Under the pieces are notes generated by a model. That model was not told the DNA's origin, ran no database searches, and saw nothing but the letters and a program-made list of their open reading frames with translations. Positions 51,772 to 64,000 of a DNA stretch of 64,000 bases are shown piece by piece; the first letter of the stretch is position 1, and every line of letters starts with the position of its first letter. Origin of the DNA: Iphione sp. A-MEVVRFRX5. Taxonomy: Eukaryota. The position numbers and the translations under genes are program-made. The stretch lies in NCBI GenBank assembly GCA_976226885.1, contig OZ320314.1:74896001-74960000 (forward strand). Direction: 5' to 3'.

Positions 51772-51798
51772 TTGTGTGTGTGTGTGTGTGTGTGTGTG
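51772..51798. repeat. (TG)n microsatellite
   Basis: Direct reading. Confidence 0.95.
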
Positions 51799-52167
51799 AG
51801 TATCAGCTCACAGGCCATCAAAGCTTCTTGACTGGGTCGGTAGGGGGTTGAATGCCACCTCGTCTATCGACTTGGTGGACCAATGCTTCTTGACTGGGTC
51901 GGCACAACGCACAGTTGTAGGGTGGGGTGGGTTTAAATCAGATAATATCCTCGGACCTGTACATTACTGCTACTATAATGTACTCGTCGCTCGTCGCGAC
52001 TCGTCCATTATAAGCAGTAATGTACGGTCCTCGTACATTATCTACCATATAATTTCAATTCAACAGGGTCTATGTGAGTTCTCCTTTCTTGTTGACATAA
52101 TATTTAATTTGCCATTCGACTTACTCTGTCATTGTTGCTAACTGTACATCTTTTATTCTTATTTTTG

Positions 52168-52327
52168 CAGGCCCGTAGCCAATGGGGTATCAGGGGTATC
52201 GTCCGATACCCCCCAAAGCCACTAAAGTCTATTTGCCTCTATAGAGAGGAAAAAAAATTAGTTCCACCTCTGTTGTATTGGGGGTATCTTCCGATACCCC
52301 CCGAAAATGTTCCTGGCTACGGGCCTG
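52168..52327. mobile_element. 160-bp MITE with 6-bp TSD (hAT6-like), copy 2
   Basis: CAGGCCCGTAGCCA...TGGCTACGGGCCTG; TTTTTG is duplicated at 52162-52167 and 52328-52333. Confidence 0.85.
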
Positions 52328-54755
52328 TTTTTGTACATATTCTCCAGTATTATTTTTTGCTCGTTATTTATTATCTCTTTTTCCTTTTATATTCCATTGG
52401 AAAAGATTTCACCTGTACTAATTTTTTGCTTTATGAGAATGTCAAATAAAAACTTGACAATTGAAACTTCGCTTGTCTCTGCCTCGAGGTAGTACCTCTC
52501 TCTTCTTAAATCCCTCGATCATCGATGCCTTTATCATCGACTCTCGCTATACCCACCCAGAGACCATCGTCAGACTTGGTTGTTCCTTAGTTTGGTGCTA
52601 GTCCGAGTGCGAGCAAAAGAGAACAAACATAGTTGTTTTCTCGAGAGGAAAATAGTGTAATGGCGCGGCAGAGGGTGCGGCTCCAATGTGTCACGTGATA
52701 CGCCGAGGTGGGAAGTAGTCGTTAGCTGAAGTCTGATCAGGTAGAAATTCAAAACATCTTTCTCAACGCTGTTCAGGCCCAAAGCAGCAAATGAATAACG
52801 GTAGTAGAAACATTCCTGTTGCTCTTCAAATCTACTACGCCGATTTGACAATAGCTCTGCTTTCCTAACGTCTTTTTCATCCTAATGTTCCATAAGTGGC
52901 GTCGACTTGGCAAAGGCCAGGGAAAAGAATAGGCCATATTTCGTTTCGTTTACTTTCTAATAATATACTTAAACAGGAATAAAGACACAAGTATGTAGAG
53001 CCAGAACGCTGGGTTTATTTCACTAATACTACCAACCATAATGTTTGGACGCTGAATTTCATCCTTTGTGGTTAAACCCATAGAATAGAAGCAATCATAT
53101 GGTAAGATATTACCATTTTCAACATAGTCAGTGGAAGAAATACGAGGGTCTACTTCTAAGAGACAAAAATCTGAGAAATTCTCTACATTGGTCCGTTGTT
53201 AGGATTTGCATTAACAATGATTGTGGACCCATCGATTGTTTCAATTTCAAGTAGAATAAAATTCTTCATTTCGATCCAGCAAGGTCTTAAATCCGTGCTC
53301 ACCCAAGAGATGTGCTTAGACGCTCGATTTGAGTGGCGTCCTCTTTCGAAAGAAATGACGAAAACGTTAATCTGTTCAAAAATGCAATTATTGAACGTAA
53401 CATTTGATCTGGTACAACGTGGACCTGAAGCTTCGACTCCGGCCTCTCTGTAACTTGGAGATAAGCATTGCCAACTTTAGACAGTTGGGAAAACATCCAA
53501 GACTCGTTCAAAGCTACTGGTTAGTTGGAATTCGTCTTCTACATTTCTGTGGCACTTTGGATCAATATCAATGATATGATGAGTCAATTTCAATCTATAA
53601 TAAGGCTCCCTTTATGGAGATCTTCCACAGTTACAAGTGTATACTCTGCGGATCCATCGAAAGGGGACTGCCTTCGTGTCTTTATGGATTTTTTGCGACT
53701 TCTGTTTCAACTATCTCAGCAACTAAAAAAGATGAAAGACTTGACGTTTGTCACACGTAATGTACACAATCAGTTGTAAATATACATGTATAAATATTGC
53801 AGAGAGATTTAAGAATTATTTCGTAATAAATTTACATGTATTGGCACAAACTCCTTGATTTTGTTGATGAATATGTCTCACAGTTAACCCAAGGCATGGA
53901 CTAAATTTACAATTCATTTATAGATTATTTGGAGAAGACATTGGCGATACATCACTTATCTATCCATAATTTTTGTTTCCTATGCTAATAGATTTGGGTA
54001 TTTTAAATATGTATATATACATGGATCTTATAATGCAAGCCCAATACTGGTCAACATACTTTTAAATAATTCTGTAATTACTTCCCCAAAATTTCGTAAA
54101 AACCTATTTTGCCAATTTTGCCTTTAAAATTGCGTAGCATGTAAGAATTAAGATTTGTATACATTTGATTAGGGGAACAGCAAATATCAACGCCCTAACA
54201 ACAGCCAGTGAGAAAAAGAATGCGTTCAGGTGTGAAATAATCCTACAGCAGTAACAGTACTTATTGATTATAAACTACGGTACTGGGACTAGCTTTATTA
54301 GAAATCTGGAATGCATTGGTTTACCTGGTTCGGTTAAATCTCGAAGTGGACAGGTCTTCTTGTGATTTCTACAGGGCCAACAACCTAGTCATATAGCTAT
54401 ATTTTCAGTTTGGTAATTTTATTCATTGGCGACAAAACTCAATTTTCAGTGATTCCAAACGTTTGTCCACCAAACAATAACATAAATTGGTAGCTAATAA
54501 AGAGAAATCGGACCCACGGTGCAGTTTAAGCTGAGTGAAATAAGGTTTCTGAATCAAGAATCTATATTCAAACTAGCGTGTGTCTAAATTTAACATAATT
54601 GTTTCTATTGAACTGCTTCATCTTTTAAGGAAAAATGAACCTTCGCATCAATCCACTCATATGGAAAGAAATCGTTCTCTCACTCAGAGGTCTTGCTAGT
54701 TCGATTCTTTAAACAAACTATACCTTTAGATTATCATCAATGCAACTAATACCTC

Positions 54756-54859
54756 CTTACTTGTTTCTACTCTCCAGATAGGATAATGTAATTATGAAAC
54801 TTTGTATCTTACTTGTTTCTACTCTCCAGATAGGATAATGTAATTATGAAACTTTGTAT
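54756..54859. repeat. Perfect 52-bp tandem duplication
   Basis: CTTACTTGTTTCTACTCTCCAGATAGGATAATGTAATTATGAAACTTTGTAT at 54756 and 54808. Confidence 0.95.
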
Positions 54860-56639
54860 CACCACGTTTCGTCGATTAATACATACTTCATAGTATGTAG
54901 TATACTTAATTGAGTAACTTGAACATTTCAATACACACCTATTTTGAGTTTGGTGGCATGATTCATTGATCATTTAACAAAATTAAATCTGTCTTTTATC
55001 CACCAAATCTGAACCTAAATTTTCAAAATTGGTAGCTAACAAAATGAAATCTGACCCCAGTGCCTTATACTGAATTGACCCATCTCTTGGAGGGGTGGAC
55101 ATTGTCCAACTGTATACGTTTTTGATTGCTGGCACCGATAAACACCTCCATCTACAAACTTTGGGTAAACATTAAAACTTGTTTGTAACTAGTAAATGTA
55201 CAGCGTTTTTGGCTCTAATAAGAAAAGGGCGGGTTAGATGATATCTAAACGTATCAGTGATAGGTCAATTATGGTGATACAGTATATGTATATGGTAGAT
55301 TATGAAAACCCATATCCATAATACTTTTCCTTGTAGTGTATTTGGCAATCAAGGGAAAGTAGCCATACTTCATTTATGCTCAGGCCAAAATCGCTATTAT
55401 CATTTATATCCTACACATAAAAGCATGAATAAGAGACCAAGTGCTGTAACAACAAGTCTATTTTAGCTAATCTCGCCCCAACGTTGACTTTACCAGATGT
55501 GTCCAATGAACGTAAAATGATCATTAAACTATATTAATTTCTCATCTTACAAAATTGTTCCTCAATGACGTTTTGTTCAAGAAATTATACCGTATCGTCT
55601 GATGTCCGCATTTCATATCCAAGTGGATTTATTGGTAAAAAAAAATATACAATAAATACACAGATATAGACATTTACAATAATTTTATCACGTTCGTTTG
55701 ACTATGTACGATTTTTATTTACCGCCACATCTATAAATAGTTTGATTTCATACAAGTGACCCTGTAATTCGACATAGCCTGTCTATATGAAGCAAGGGTG
55801 ATACAATAAAAATATCGATGTTGCGATGTGTCCGTTGTCTCGGAGACCTACACTCTAGATTTAATCTTTAATTTAGCATTTTTGTCAAATACATGTACCT
55901 TTTATACATGTGAGTGTGCCGATAAAATAAATTCCTATATATGTTGATGGAAATCAAAATATATCCTTGTTTAACGACTTTTAATACATTTTAAACACTT
56001 TAATGTTGTTCACAGGAAAATGTTTTTGATACAATAGTATAGGTTTGTGTAGCCACTACAATTAACACCCATATATAGAAGGTGTTGATAATTTAACGTT
56101 CCTATTCAATATCCACACGTTGACATGTTAATCCGAAAATATTCTTAGAGTGTAGGTATGGACTGGTGACATTAATGATCTTGACGGACATGGGAAGCAT
56201 GGAACCATATCATGAAAAAGGAACTGCACCTGTCTTATGGACCAGACGTGCATGCTTCAATAAGAAATGTTCGATGTCAACCGAAGCTGTCATTCCCGTT
56301 TGTCTTTTGTAACTATTTCCGCAACTTTCTCCTATGGCGGAAACCTGAGGATGTCACCGCCATGGTCATTTGGGACCTTGACATGTTTTATACTACTCCT
56401 GTCATTATGCCCCCCTCTTTTCCATACAGTTGCCTTGGCGCGTGGAAATGGGGGACAGGAGCTGGGAGAAATGCTGCGCTCAATAAATGTGAAATGTGAG
56501 CTTGAGTGTTATGAGTAGTGTTGTTCATATCTAATACATTGGCAAGCCCTCTGGGTTTGCAGCATCACAAATAATCTCAGGTGCTATACAGTAACATCTC
56601 CAGCGTGACAAATATTAATATTAATAGATGGGGCATTGA

Positions 56640-56950
56640 AGAGGTTGTATAGGATATGCGTGAGGGGCAATAGTGCAGAGGCAAACTGGGCCAATATGTA
56701 TCAGATGAAGCTCATACAAGAGCAACAACTGTTAATATTGGCACATCGCCTTATAATTAATAGGAATGAAGGGTACACAGAAATAGTAAGGAGGGGAAGA
56801 AGCGGATTATTAGTAAAGATGAGACGACTAAAAATAGAAAAGTATAAGTACACTATGTAGGGATACAATTATGGAATGGTATCCCAAACAACTTGAAGGA
56901 GATGAATAACATCAAGAAATTTAAAATCAATATAAAAATATCTGTACCAA
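56640..56950 (+). mobile_element. LINE (CR1/L2-like) reverse transcriptase C-terminal relic
   Basis: YVGIQLWNGIPNNLKEMNNIKKFKINIK fits the G..LWN.LP..LK......FK..LK LINE ORF2 ending. Confidence 0.7.
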
Positions 56951-58481
56951 AAATGGACAAGGGGGAACGAAAGAATACCACAGAAAGGGAAAATAAACCA
57001 CTAAAGACTAATCAAACATAAACCTGGTACGACCATATGACAATGAGCAAGAACAATTCATTAAATTCATCATTCAATTTAACTTCATAATCGGAAAAGG
57101 AAAGACGGTGAAAGTGAGAGCATGTGATGTAAAATGAGATCATTAGATCCCTAAGATGATGTGATGGACCTGACCTAGGTAATTGACGTTGATGCATTTG
57201 GGAATTTCAGTAATAAACAAAATATGAAAGATGAAAGAACTGACCGAATCTCACAGTAAAATGTAATTTCTGTAGCCCCCATTGTCTACCTCTTTCTCTC
57301 TACGCTTATCGTTTAGCGAGCAGTTGATTTTACTAGCTAAATGGAAAAAAATAAGTTATCTTTTCCGAAAATACAACCTAATATGATTATTTTATTCATC
57401 ACTTTTATTCAAATCCATAAAAAAATTACCAGTGCTTTTATCGTCATCAATTTATAATCCACTTATAAGTACTTTCCTTGAAAGGATAACTACCCCATTT
57501 ATAGTAAAACTCATAGTAAAGTGATTCTTAATCTCTCAGATGTACTGTTCGGGTCGTTAGAGTGGTGGATTGAGTGCGTCAGAGGGAGAAGAACAGTCTG
57601 CAGGGTCCAACCGAGTTTACAGTGCTGTTTACTGTCTAAAGAAATACCGAAAGCCTTTCTTCATGAACACGCATATTAGGGCACATTCTTTGGGCTCCGA
57701 AGGAATTTGCACTTTTTAGTACGAAGGTACAGGAACTCTTTCCACGTGAATTAACCTTGACTTGTTAACCTTTCCCCTTGAAAGTGGTTAACTAAAACTG
57801 TTACATGTATTTGCAAATATATTTGTATTAGTTTATTCACCCGAATTTCAACCAGTTCGTCTCTGCTGTATATGTTCACCTCTGTTAGTATTATCACATA
57901 TACAAATATATTATTGAGGTAAACGTTCAATCATTGACCGGGCACTGTCTACATAGAAACTAATGCCATCAGAATGTATACAGCGTACAACTGGACAGCT
58001 ATTTCACGGAAACTTGCGAATTTCGCCTTGCGACTGTTGCAGAGGTAGTATGTCCTATGGAATCTCGTACTCGGTGGACTGCAAAGTGACATCATGAGAT
58101 TCGTCCTGGCGGCAATAGGTGACTAGATTTTTGCCGCAATATACCTCAGGTGTGCCGCTGGTCGGCAAAGAAGATACCACGAACGCCTGGGTGTTAGCTA
58201 CCATGAAGACAACTCGGCCCTGGCATTCCTCTGACCCATGCCAACCGCCCAACGTCTGTACGTTCACTCCGTAGTGACCTGCCGACACCGAGGGGATATC
58301 ACTGATATCTTTTCTTGCTCATGTCGGGGCTCAGGTTTTCTGGAATTTGACTTTGAGACATGGAGGAAATGTCTTTCTTCACCGATTGGCACAGGGAAAG
58401 AGAATATGTTTGCTCCTACGCAAACTCTCTTTGCTATCTCATATAGTTTTTGGAATAGATATGTTCACGCACTGTCCTGCC

Positions 58482-58496
58482 TCATTGATGTGGAGC
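58482..58496 (-). CDS. Probable terminal coding exon of the CUB gene (APHQ*)
   Basis: Acceptor TTTATCTCCCCCTTTCAG| is the nearest strong one; phase 0 matches the upstream donor; a minus-strand AATAAA lies near 57835. Confidence 0.45.
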   Translation of the reverse strand, partial: APHQ

Positions 58497-58772
58497 CTGA
58501 AAGGGGGAGATAAAGGTACTGACATTGAATCCATTCACTTCTTTTCGCTAAGTGAAATTTCAAAGATATAGCCATGCTTCTAGGCCCAATGACTTTTGAG
58601 CCAATGAGACTTTAATCGATATTTATCACTTTATCTTAGAAATCTAGTTGAATATGGAAACACTGTACCAGCAGCTTTATTTTTCAAAGCTAACGATGCC
58701 TATGGGGAAATCGATTGATTAGAATGAGGCAAAACTGCCTGGGGAAATCATTCATCTTTTGGCTTTACTCAC

Positions 58773-59353
58773 TTCTAGTTCTGTATCGGGCGCTTTATGC
58801 ACACCGTCTCCTCGTACGTTCTCTGAATGTTTGATCTCCTCAACTCCATGGCCGGGACTTTCCGCCTCCGCTCGGTCGCTTGTCGGCCGGCTTGCTAGCG
58901 TGTTGTGGACAAGGTGGTTGGTCCCTTCCAGGTTGGTCGGGTCAATTCTGTTGTATACCAACCTGAAACCAGAGCGCTCCTCTTTTTCGTCGGTTTTGAA
59001 CCTCAAGGTTATGTGGCTCTGGTTGGAGATTATGCTCCTAGGCAGGCGACCGTCCTTGTCGTCCGCTCGCCCGCCCCAACTATCCATTCTCCCGCACAGA
59101 GGCCTGCTAAGCCGCAGCTCAGTGCCATGTCCACTGAATATCTCCACAAAGTCCATACATCGTCCACTGCCCGTGGGATCCTGCAGGTCAAACTGCTGGA
59201 AGGTGATGTTGATGAGATAACCAGGTGATACGCTAATGTGAATTAAACAGTCTAACTTTGGCCGGTACGGGCCCTCCAGGTTGGACAGCACTCGGACGTT
59301 ACTCATGCCTGAGAGGTATGCGCCACCATGGCATTCTCCCAAAACGAATGTGG
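58773..59353 (-). CDS. CUB-domain exon of a secreted protein gene
   Basis: CHGG...PYRPKLDCLIHISVSPGYLINITFQQFDLQ...CMDFVEIFSG...LCG...IISNQSHITLRFKTDEKEERSGFRLVY is a CUB signature; acceptor TTTCTTTTGTCCCTGTAG| (phase 1), donor GAA|GTGAGT (phase 0); 581 nt open. Confidence 0.9.
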
Positions 59354-60666
59354 CTACAGGGACAAAAGAAATAGAATAGAACATGTGTGTGAATGCGTTT
59401 ATGATAAGTGGTATACAGAAAGGATAAATTTGTTATTTAATAAACAGGATCAATGAAATACACATACGAGTGGTCCATGCCATTACCGCCATCCCCAGTA
59501 ATGTGATATTGCAAGTATAACGTTGTGCATGACTGCCCCTAAATCATCGATACTGGTGACATGAGATTATTCGTGGAAGAACTCGGCAATCTAGATGTAG
59601 ATGTCTTATTGGCAATAGACAAATATTGTTCTGAATGCTTTCCAGGAACAAGGATTGTGCAAGATACAAACTACTGTAAGATCCCGGAAGTGAAAAGATA
59701 ATTTAACACGCCTGAAGATAGGCACTGATTTGATGAGTATATCAAATGATAATTAGAACCTACCTATCAACCACACCTAGTAGTTTCGGCTTCGTATATT
59801 AAATAATTTATCATAAAATAAACATTGCTTTGTATATTAGTGACAAGAAAATATTCCTCCCATAGGTTAATTTGAGTGATATTTTGTTTCCCTTTCTACC
59901 GTACCAAGACGTTGTATCTATAAATATTAAAGGAATATAAATAAAGCATTATCTATATCACTTGCGTTGCCTCTCTATATTGGCCAACTCTCTAAATCCT
60001 GAACAGTATCGGCGACAAGGGTTTTTTAGATATAAGATGTAATAGGATTTGAGCAACTGTTTGGAAGACCATTGAAATGTCTTTATGGGTTTAGAAGGCG
60101 ACCAGTGAACATCGCAACTTGACTTATATTGCACGCATCAGTGTTCACAAGCACAAGCCTTTGAAATCTAGGTTTCGTTATTCCCTTCGCGGGGTGGGGC
60201 AAAAGGTACGCGCGTTATTTGTGTATTAACCTAGAATCTATGGACGAAGAGGTAGTCTATTGTCTGACTTTAACGGGGTATTGGACGCTGAATAAATGCT
60301 ATACACACGAGTCTCAGCGATAGGGGCTTCGGCGCGTGTTAGGAATGCCTGCTTGAGTTCCGGGTCAGCTTTCACATGAGTCTCATCCCCAACTATAATA
60401 TTGCAATAGCAGTTTTAATCTAGATGTCAATATTGAAGTATATCATTCTGATCTATTCTAACATTAAGACAACGAATCTGGCGTAGACAATACAAATTTA
60501 CATGTTGTTTAAATATACGACAGCTCGTAAAATGAATGATCTGTCCGTCTTGCAAAAATATTGAGCAGTTAAGACATTGGTCTGATTTCTTTCCAATACA
60601 TATAAAAGATAATGAAGCGAAATCTATAGTAATACATGTAGTGACATGATGATAACAAATACTTAC

Positions 60667-60805
60667 GTATTCTGCCAGGTTTCGCGATGATGTCAGCATA
60701 GGTAATAACAAGCGTGTTAATCACAAATATGATGGCAAAGTGAAGCCAACAGTCGTTGCTGTACAGAGCAGCCATTGCTCTATTAAAGATGCGTTTCCTA
60801 AACAT
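60667..60805 (-). CDS. First coding exon of the CUB gene (signal-peptide-like)
   Basis: MFRKRIFNRAMAALYSNDCWLHFAIIFVINTLVITYADIIAKPGRI with a hydrophobic core; donor C|GTAAGT in phase 1 splices in frame to the CUB exon. Confidence 0.82.
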
Positions 60806-61223
60806 GGGTCTTGTATAAGCAGAAGCAAGAAATCCGCGTGCGATTCTTGACCCCCCCTTCTCGGACTAATCATCTACGACCTCGCCAAGGTGCTTCCGGC
60901 AAATCCATTTTGAAGAACAGAACGGAGGCCCGTCGATGACGAAGTTGGTAACTCAATTGCTTCATTTAAGGTGCCATAATGTCAGCGTTTATGTTCCACT
61001 CCTTTGCTGACAGTCCCTACTTTGGTTAGAGACGTCTTCCCTCTCTGGTAACATACCCTCAACTCTGCCTCACGTCTGTCTGCATGCGGATATCTTGCAC
61101 CGCCCCTCGGTTGTCAACACAAAGCCCTTACCATTGAAATCGTCCTCAAACATGGCACAGGTGCCCCGCCTCGGCCCAAGATCCAGCCGAGCTCGTCGGT
61201 AAATAGTAGCTACCCATCTACTC

Positions 61224-61290
61224 CCATATTTGGACGGACTAAATATAGTGGGGTATATAAGGCGGATTTTGAGCAAGGTGGCAGTTGGAG
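61224..61290. promoter_or_regulatory. CArG box, TATA and Inr-like cluster upstream of the CUB gene
   Basis: CCATATTTGG at 61224-61233, TATATAA at 61254-61260, GCAGTT at 61281-61286; motifs only, no functional evidence. Confidence 0.35.
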
Positions 61291-63699
61291 ATCACGAAAG
61301 CGATGGTGTGCAAGGAGAAAAGAGATTTGCAACGTTTGTCTGAGGCAGTTAAGTTACCCTATTTTCCCCTTGGAAGTGTTCTCCCTTATATCAAAAGCAT
61401 TGTTGAAATAAAACCACTCCTAAGACAGTGGTCAGATCGATACTAAGACGTTTCAGGATTCATGACAACAAGTGTCAAGCAGCTGTGACAAACCGTGATA
61501 TTCTCATGGAAATCCAAAGCTGATGACATATTTTCAGACACGTTCTAATTATTTAAAATAGGTTTTGTTTCTCTAAAATATAAAGAAGAGACAGCCTTCA
61601 TTACAGGGTATGCCATAAGACTTTCATATATTAACCCGTCTATACGCTACCCACTGCCATCATCTCATTTCTCCTTTGAATTTCCTTTTTGACATGTACA
61701 TGTATGTTTTCACTCAGCCCCTAAGTGTTGTGGGAATGACAAGATCCGACGAGCAATAGTAGAGGGTGTTTGGACGTTAGACTGTGCTGCCTGCTAGAAA
61801 TAGTCTGTCCAAAATTTCAATAATTTCATTGGGCCTCTTATTAGTATCTTAATTTGTATCTATAACTGGGTTTAGACTTTTAACAAAAATTAAATATGAA
61901 GTAAGATGATACGCAAACAAATGACCATCCTCCAATACCCTGTAAATTTTTGTTCAGGCCTCTGTAAAGTTATTACGTAAAACGATAGAGAAAATGGTTA
62001 CAAAATATTGCTATGTACAAGGAGTTAAAAGGAGTAATAAATTAAACATTCACGTTATCAGTTAGATTACGCAATTTTTCAATTACACTCCCATAGCGTA
62101 CATGCGAACAGGTGATTAAAAGCCTGTTGAATTAAAATCACCTTCCCCGGGACTGCAAAGAATATTATTAAATTCGTGCCGCCTGGGAGTGCACCGTTAC
62201 AGAGCAAAGGCTCAACAGCAATTCGCATACATTTGTTCGCTTTATTTGAACTTAGGCGAATTGCATTGCACGGTGTCTGTTCTGGCAAGTCGTCTAACAG
62301 GAGTTTCTTTATAAACACTCCTCAGACTTATTATCTAATTCCCCTGCGACAGCATAATAGATAGGCGAGGTGTGTAGTTGGAGAAACAACTACATGTACT
62401 AAATTAACACTTTGAAAGTGTTTAAAATTCAAAAACCCATCTTCTAAAGAGGTACTCTTTTCTCGTGAGGAAAAATCTCCAGAGGATGGTATTTTCTTCT
62501 TAAATCTACAAAAGCTGCAGTTTGCGGATTGCGATTTTGTGCTTGGATCCATACTCTCAGTATTACCATCAGTAGGTCTTTTCCCACTGTACATACAACC
62601 AGACCTTGCTTCAGTATACCGGTGCCCGCCCGTTGTCTGTGTACCCAGTAAATAACCCCGTGGTGTAATGGGCCTGGGATTTGTTCTACCAGCCACAGTT
62701 TACATTTTGTTGGGAATCTTCTTCTCTCACCTTGTGCCGCAGGCACTTTGTAGGAGAATAAGAGTATTGCTAAATTTGAAAACACTGTTTAGTTTAAAGA
62801 CCATCATGCCGATTTGCCGAGGTATTCCATACCAGGTATTGAAATGATAAATGCTCTTATGCTATACAATATACTAAATGAGTGAGTGAATCAGTCATAT
62901 TGAAAAGATACGGAATATAAATGCATATTGTATACCAAAACAGACTGGTGAAGACGGACAAAAAAAGTATTACCACCATGCAAAATTTCGGCTTTGGAAT
63001 TTCCAATGTACACATCTGGGGTAGATTCAGGAAGAATGAGATGCTCAAGCACTCCTCTTGATGTTGAGAAGTACAACATACCAAAGTTATATCACAGGTC
63101 TAAACATATACAGTATCTTTAAGCAAAATGATGTGGATATATCACCAAATACTCGTATTAGCATAGAGATGGTTTTATGAAATATGCGATGTTAGCATCT
63201 CGCTCGAAATGAACTTATTCAGGTTGACTGAGATGCAGATTGTAGTATAGGCAATGTAGGCACGTTGAAGTCACCCTGCAGTAAGATTTAGCTTTTAACA
63301 TTTTTGCATCTTGTAAGTTTTAAGCAGTAGCAGAATAGTATAAGTAGTGATAAATAAAAATGACAGAAAAAAAGCTATTACCAAATGTACCTGAAGACAT
63401 TTCTCAGCACCGCATCCTCTTCCCTCAGGCGCTATCCCATGTGCATGGACGGCCCAGACCCACCACTGGTTGTGGGGAGAGCGGGGATACCAGATGAGGC
63501 AATTAATAAAGAACTACCCCCCTGCATGCAGACTACGAAGACCCACTATCTGATGTGTGCAGACAAATCAGAGATGGTCCAGTCCAACTGGGCCCCACCA
63601 CCTCATGCATACTGTGAAAAGATATTTACTATATGTAAAATATATGTTGAAGGCTTTATCATATGTTAGTTCTTTAAAATTTGTTACTAATTTACATTT

Positions 63700-63900
63700 C
63701 ATTTGCATAAAAGACCCTAAATTTCTACCAATATGCCTCACTTTCAACAAAAAGACCTGAAATTTCCACTGATATGCCTCACTTTTGACTAAAAGCCACT
63801 AAATTTCCACCAATATGCCTTACTTTCAACAAATAGGTTCTATTCTATATTTCATGCAAATGGCATGCAAATTAGTAACAAAATTTAAAGAACTACATAT
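63700..63900. repeat. Degenerate units of the family B 41-bp minisatellite
   Basis: AAATTTCCACCAATATGCCTCACTTTCAACAAAAAG units resemble the reverse complement of the 22432-22611 repeat. Confidence 0.65.
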
Positions 63901-64000
63901 GTTTTAAGCATTTAAGATTTGTTTTACATGCCAATAAGACAGTGCATATAGTCCGGGTACATGGGGATTAGTCCTATCCCTGGAGGCATGAAGGTGTGGA

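Noticed and set aside
58759-59228. Plus-strand 153-aa and 107-aa ORFs
   Set aside because: Antisense shadows of the CUB exon.
62331-62785. Two overlapping minus-strand ORFs (121 and 113 aa)
   Set aside because: No recognisable domain or consistent exon boundaries.

Overview
Eukaryotic, AT-rich genomic DNA, most like an invertebrate animal (inferred from GT-AG exons and the transposon repertoire; the species cannot be determined). No prokaryotic features, rRNA, true tRNA or CRISPR arrays are seen. Most of the window is decayed mobile elements: two convergent DIRS/Ngaro-like tyrosine-recombinase retrotransposons (about 1.4-9.7 kb), a probable piggyBac relic, a pogo/Tigger transposase pseudogene, several Gypsy relics, Penelope-like elements (PLEs) with hammerhead-ribozyme-like motifs, a tRNA-derived SINE, LINE 3' ends, and several MITE families defined by terminal inverted repeats (TIRs) and target-site duplications (TSDs): TWA-TSD Harbinger-like, AT-TSD EnSpm-like, and one family with 6-bp TSDs. 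Two nested insertions resolve to the base: a 325-bp PLE fragment in a retrotransposon RNase H (10-bp TSD) and a 1.67-kb inverted-repeat PLE inside a MITE (15-bp TSD). The best-supported host gene is a minus-strand spliced gene at about 58.5-61.2 kb encoding a signal peptide plus one CUB domain. A second candidate minus-strand gene made of small exons lies at 34.2-37.3 kb. I found no convincing wholly new system; the most interesting observations are the PLE architecture and ribozyme motifs, the 6-bp-TSD MITE and the atypical CUB gene. All identifications are by eye, without database searches.
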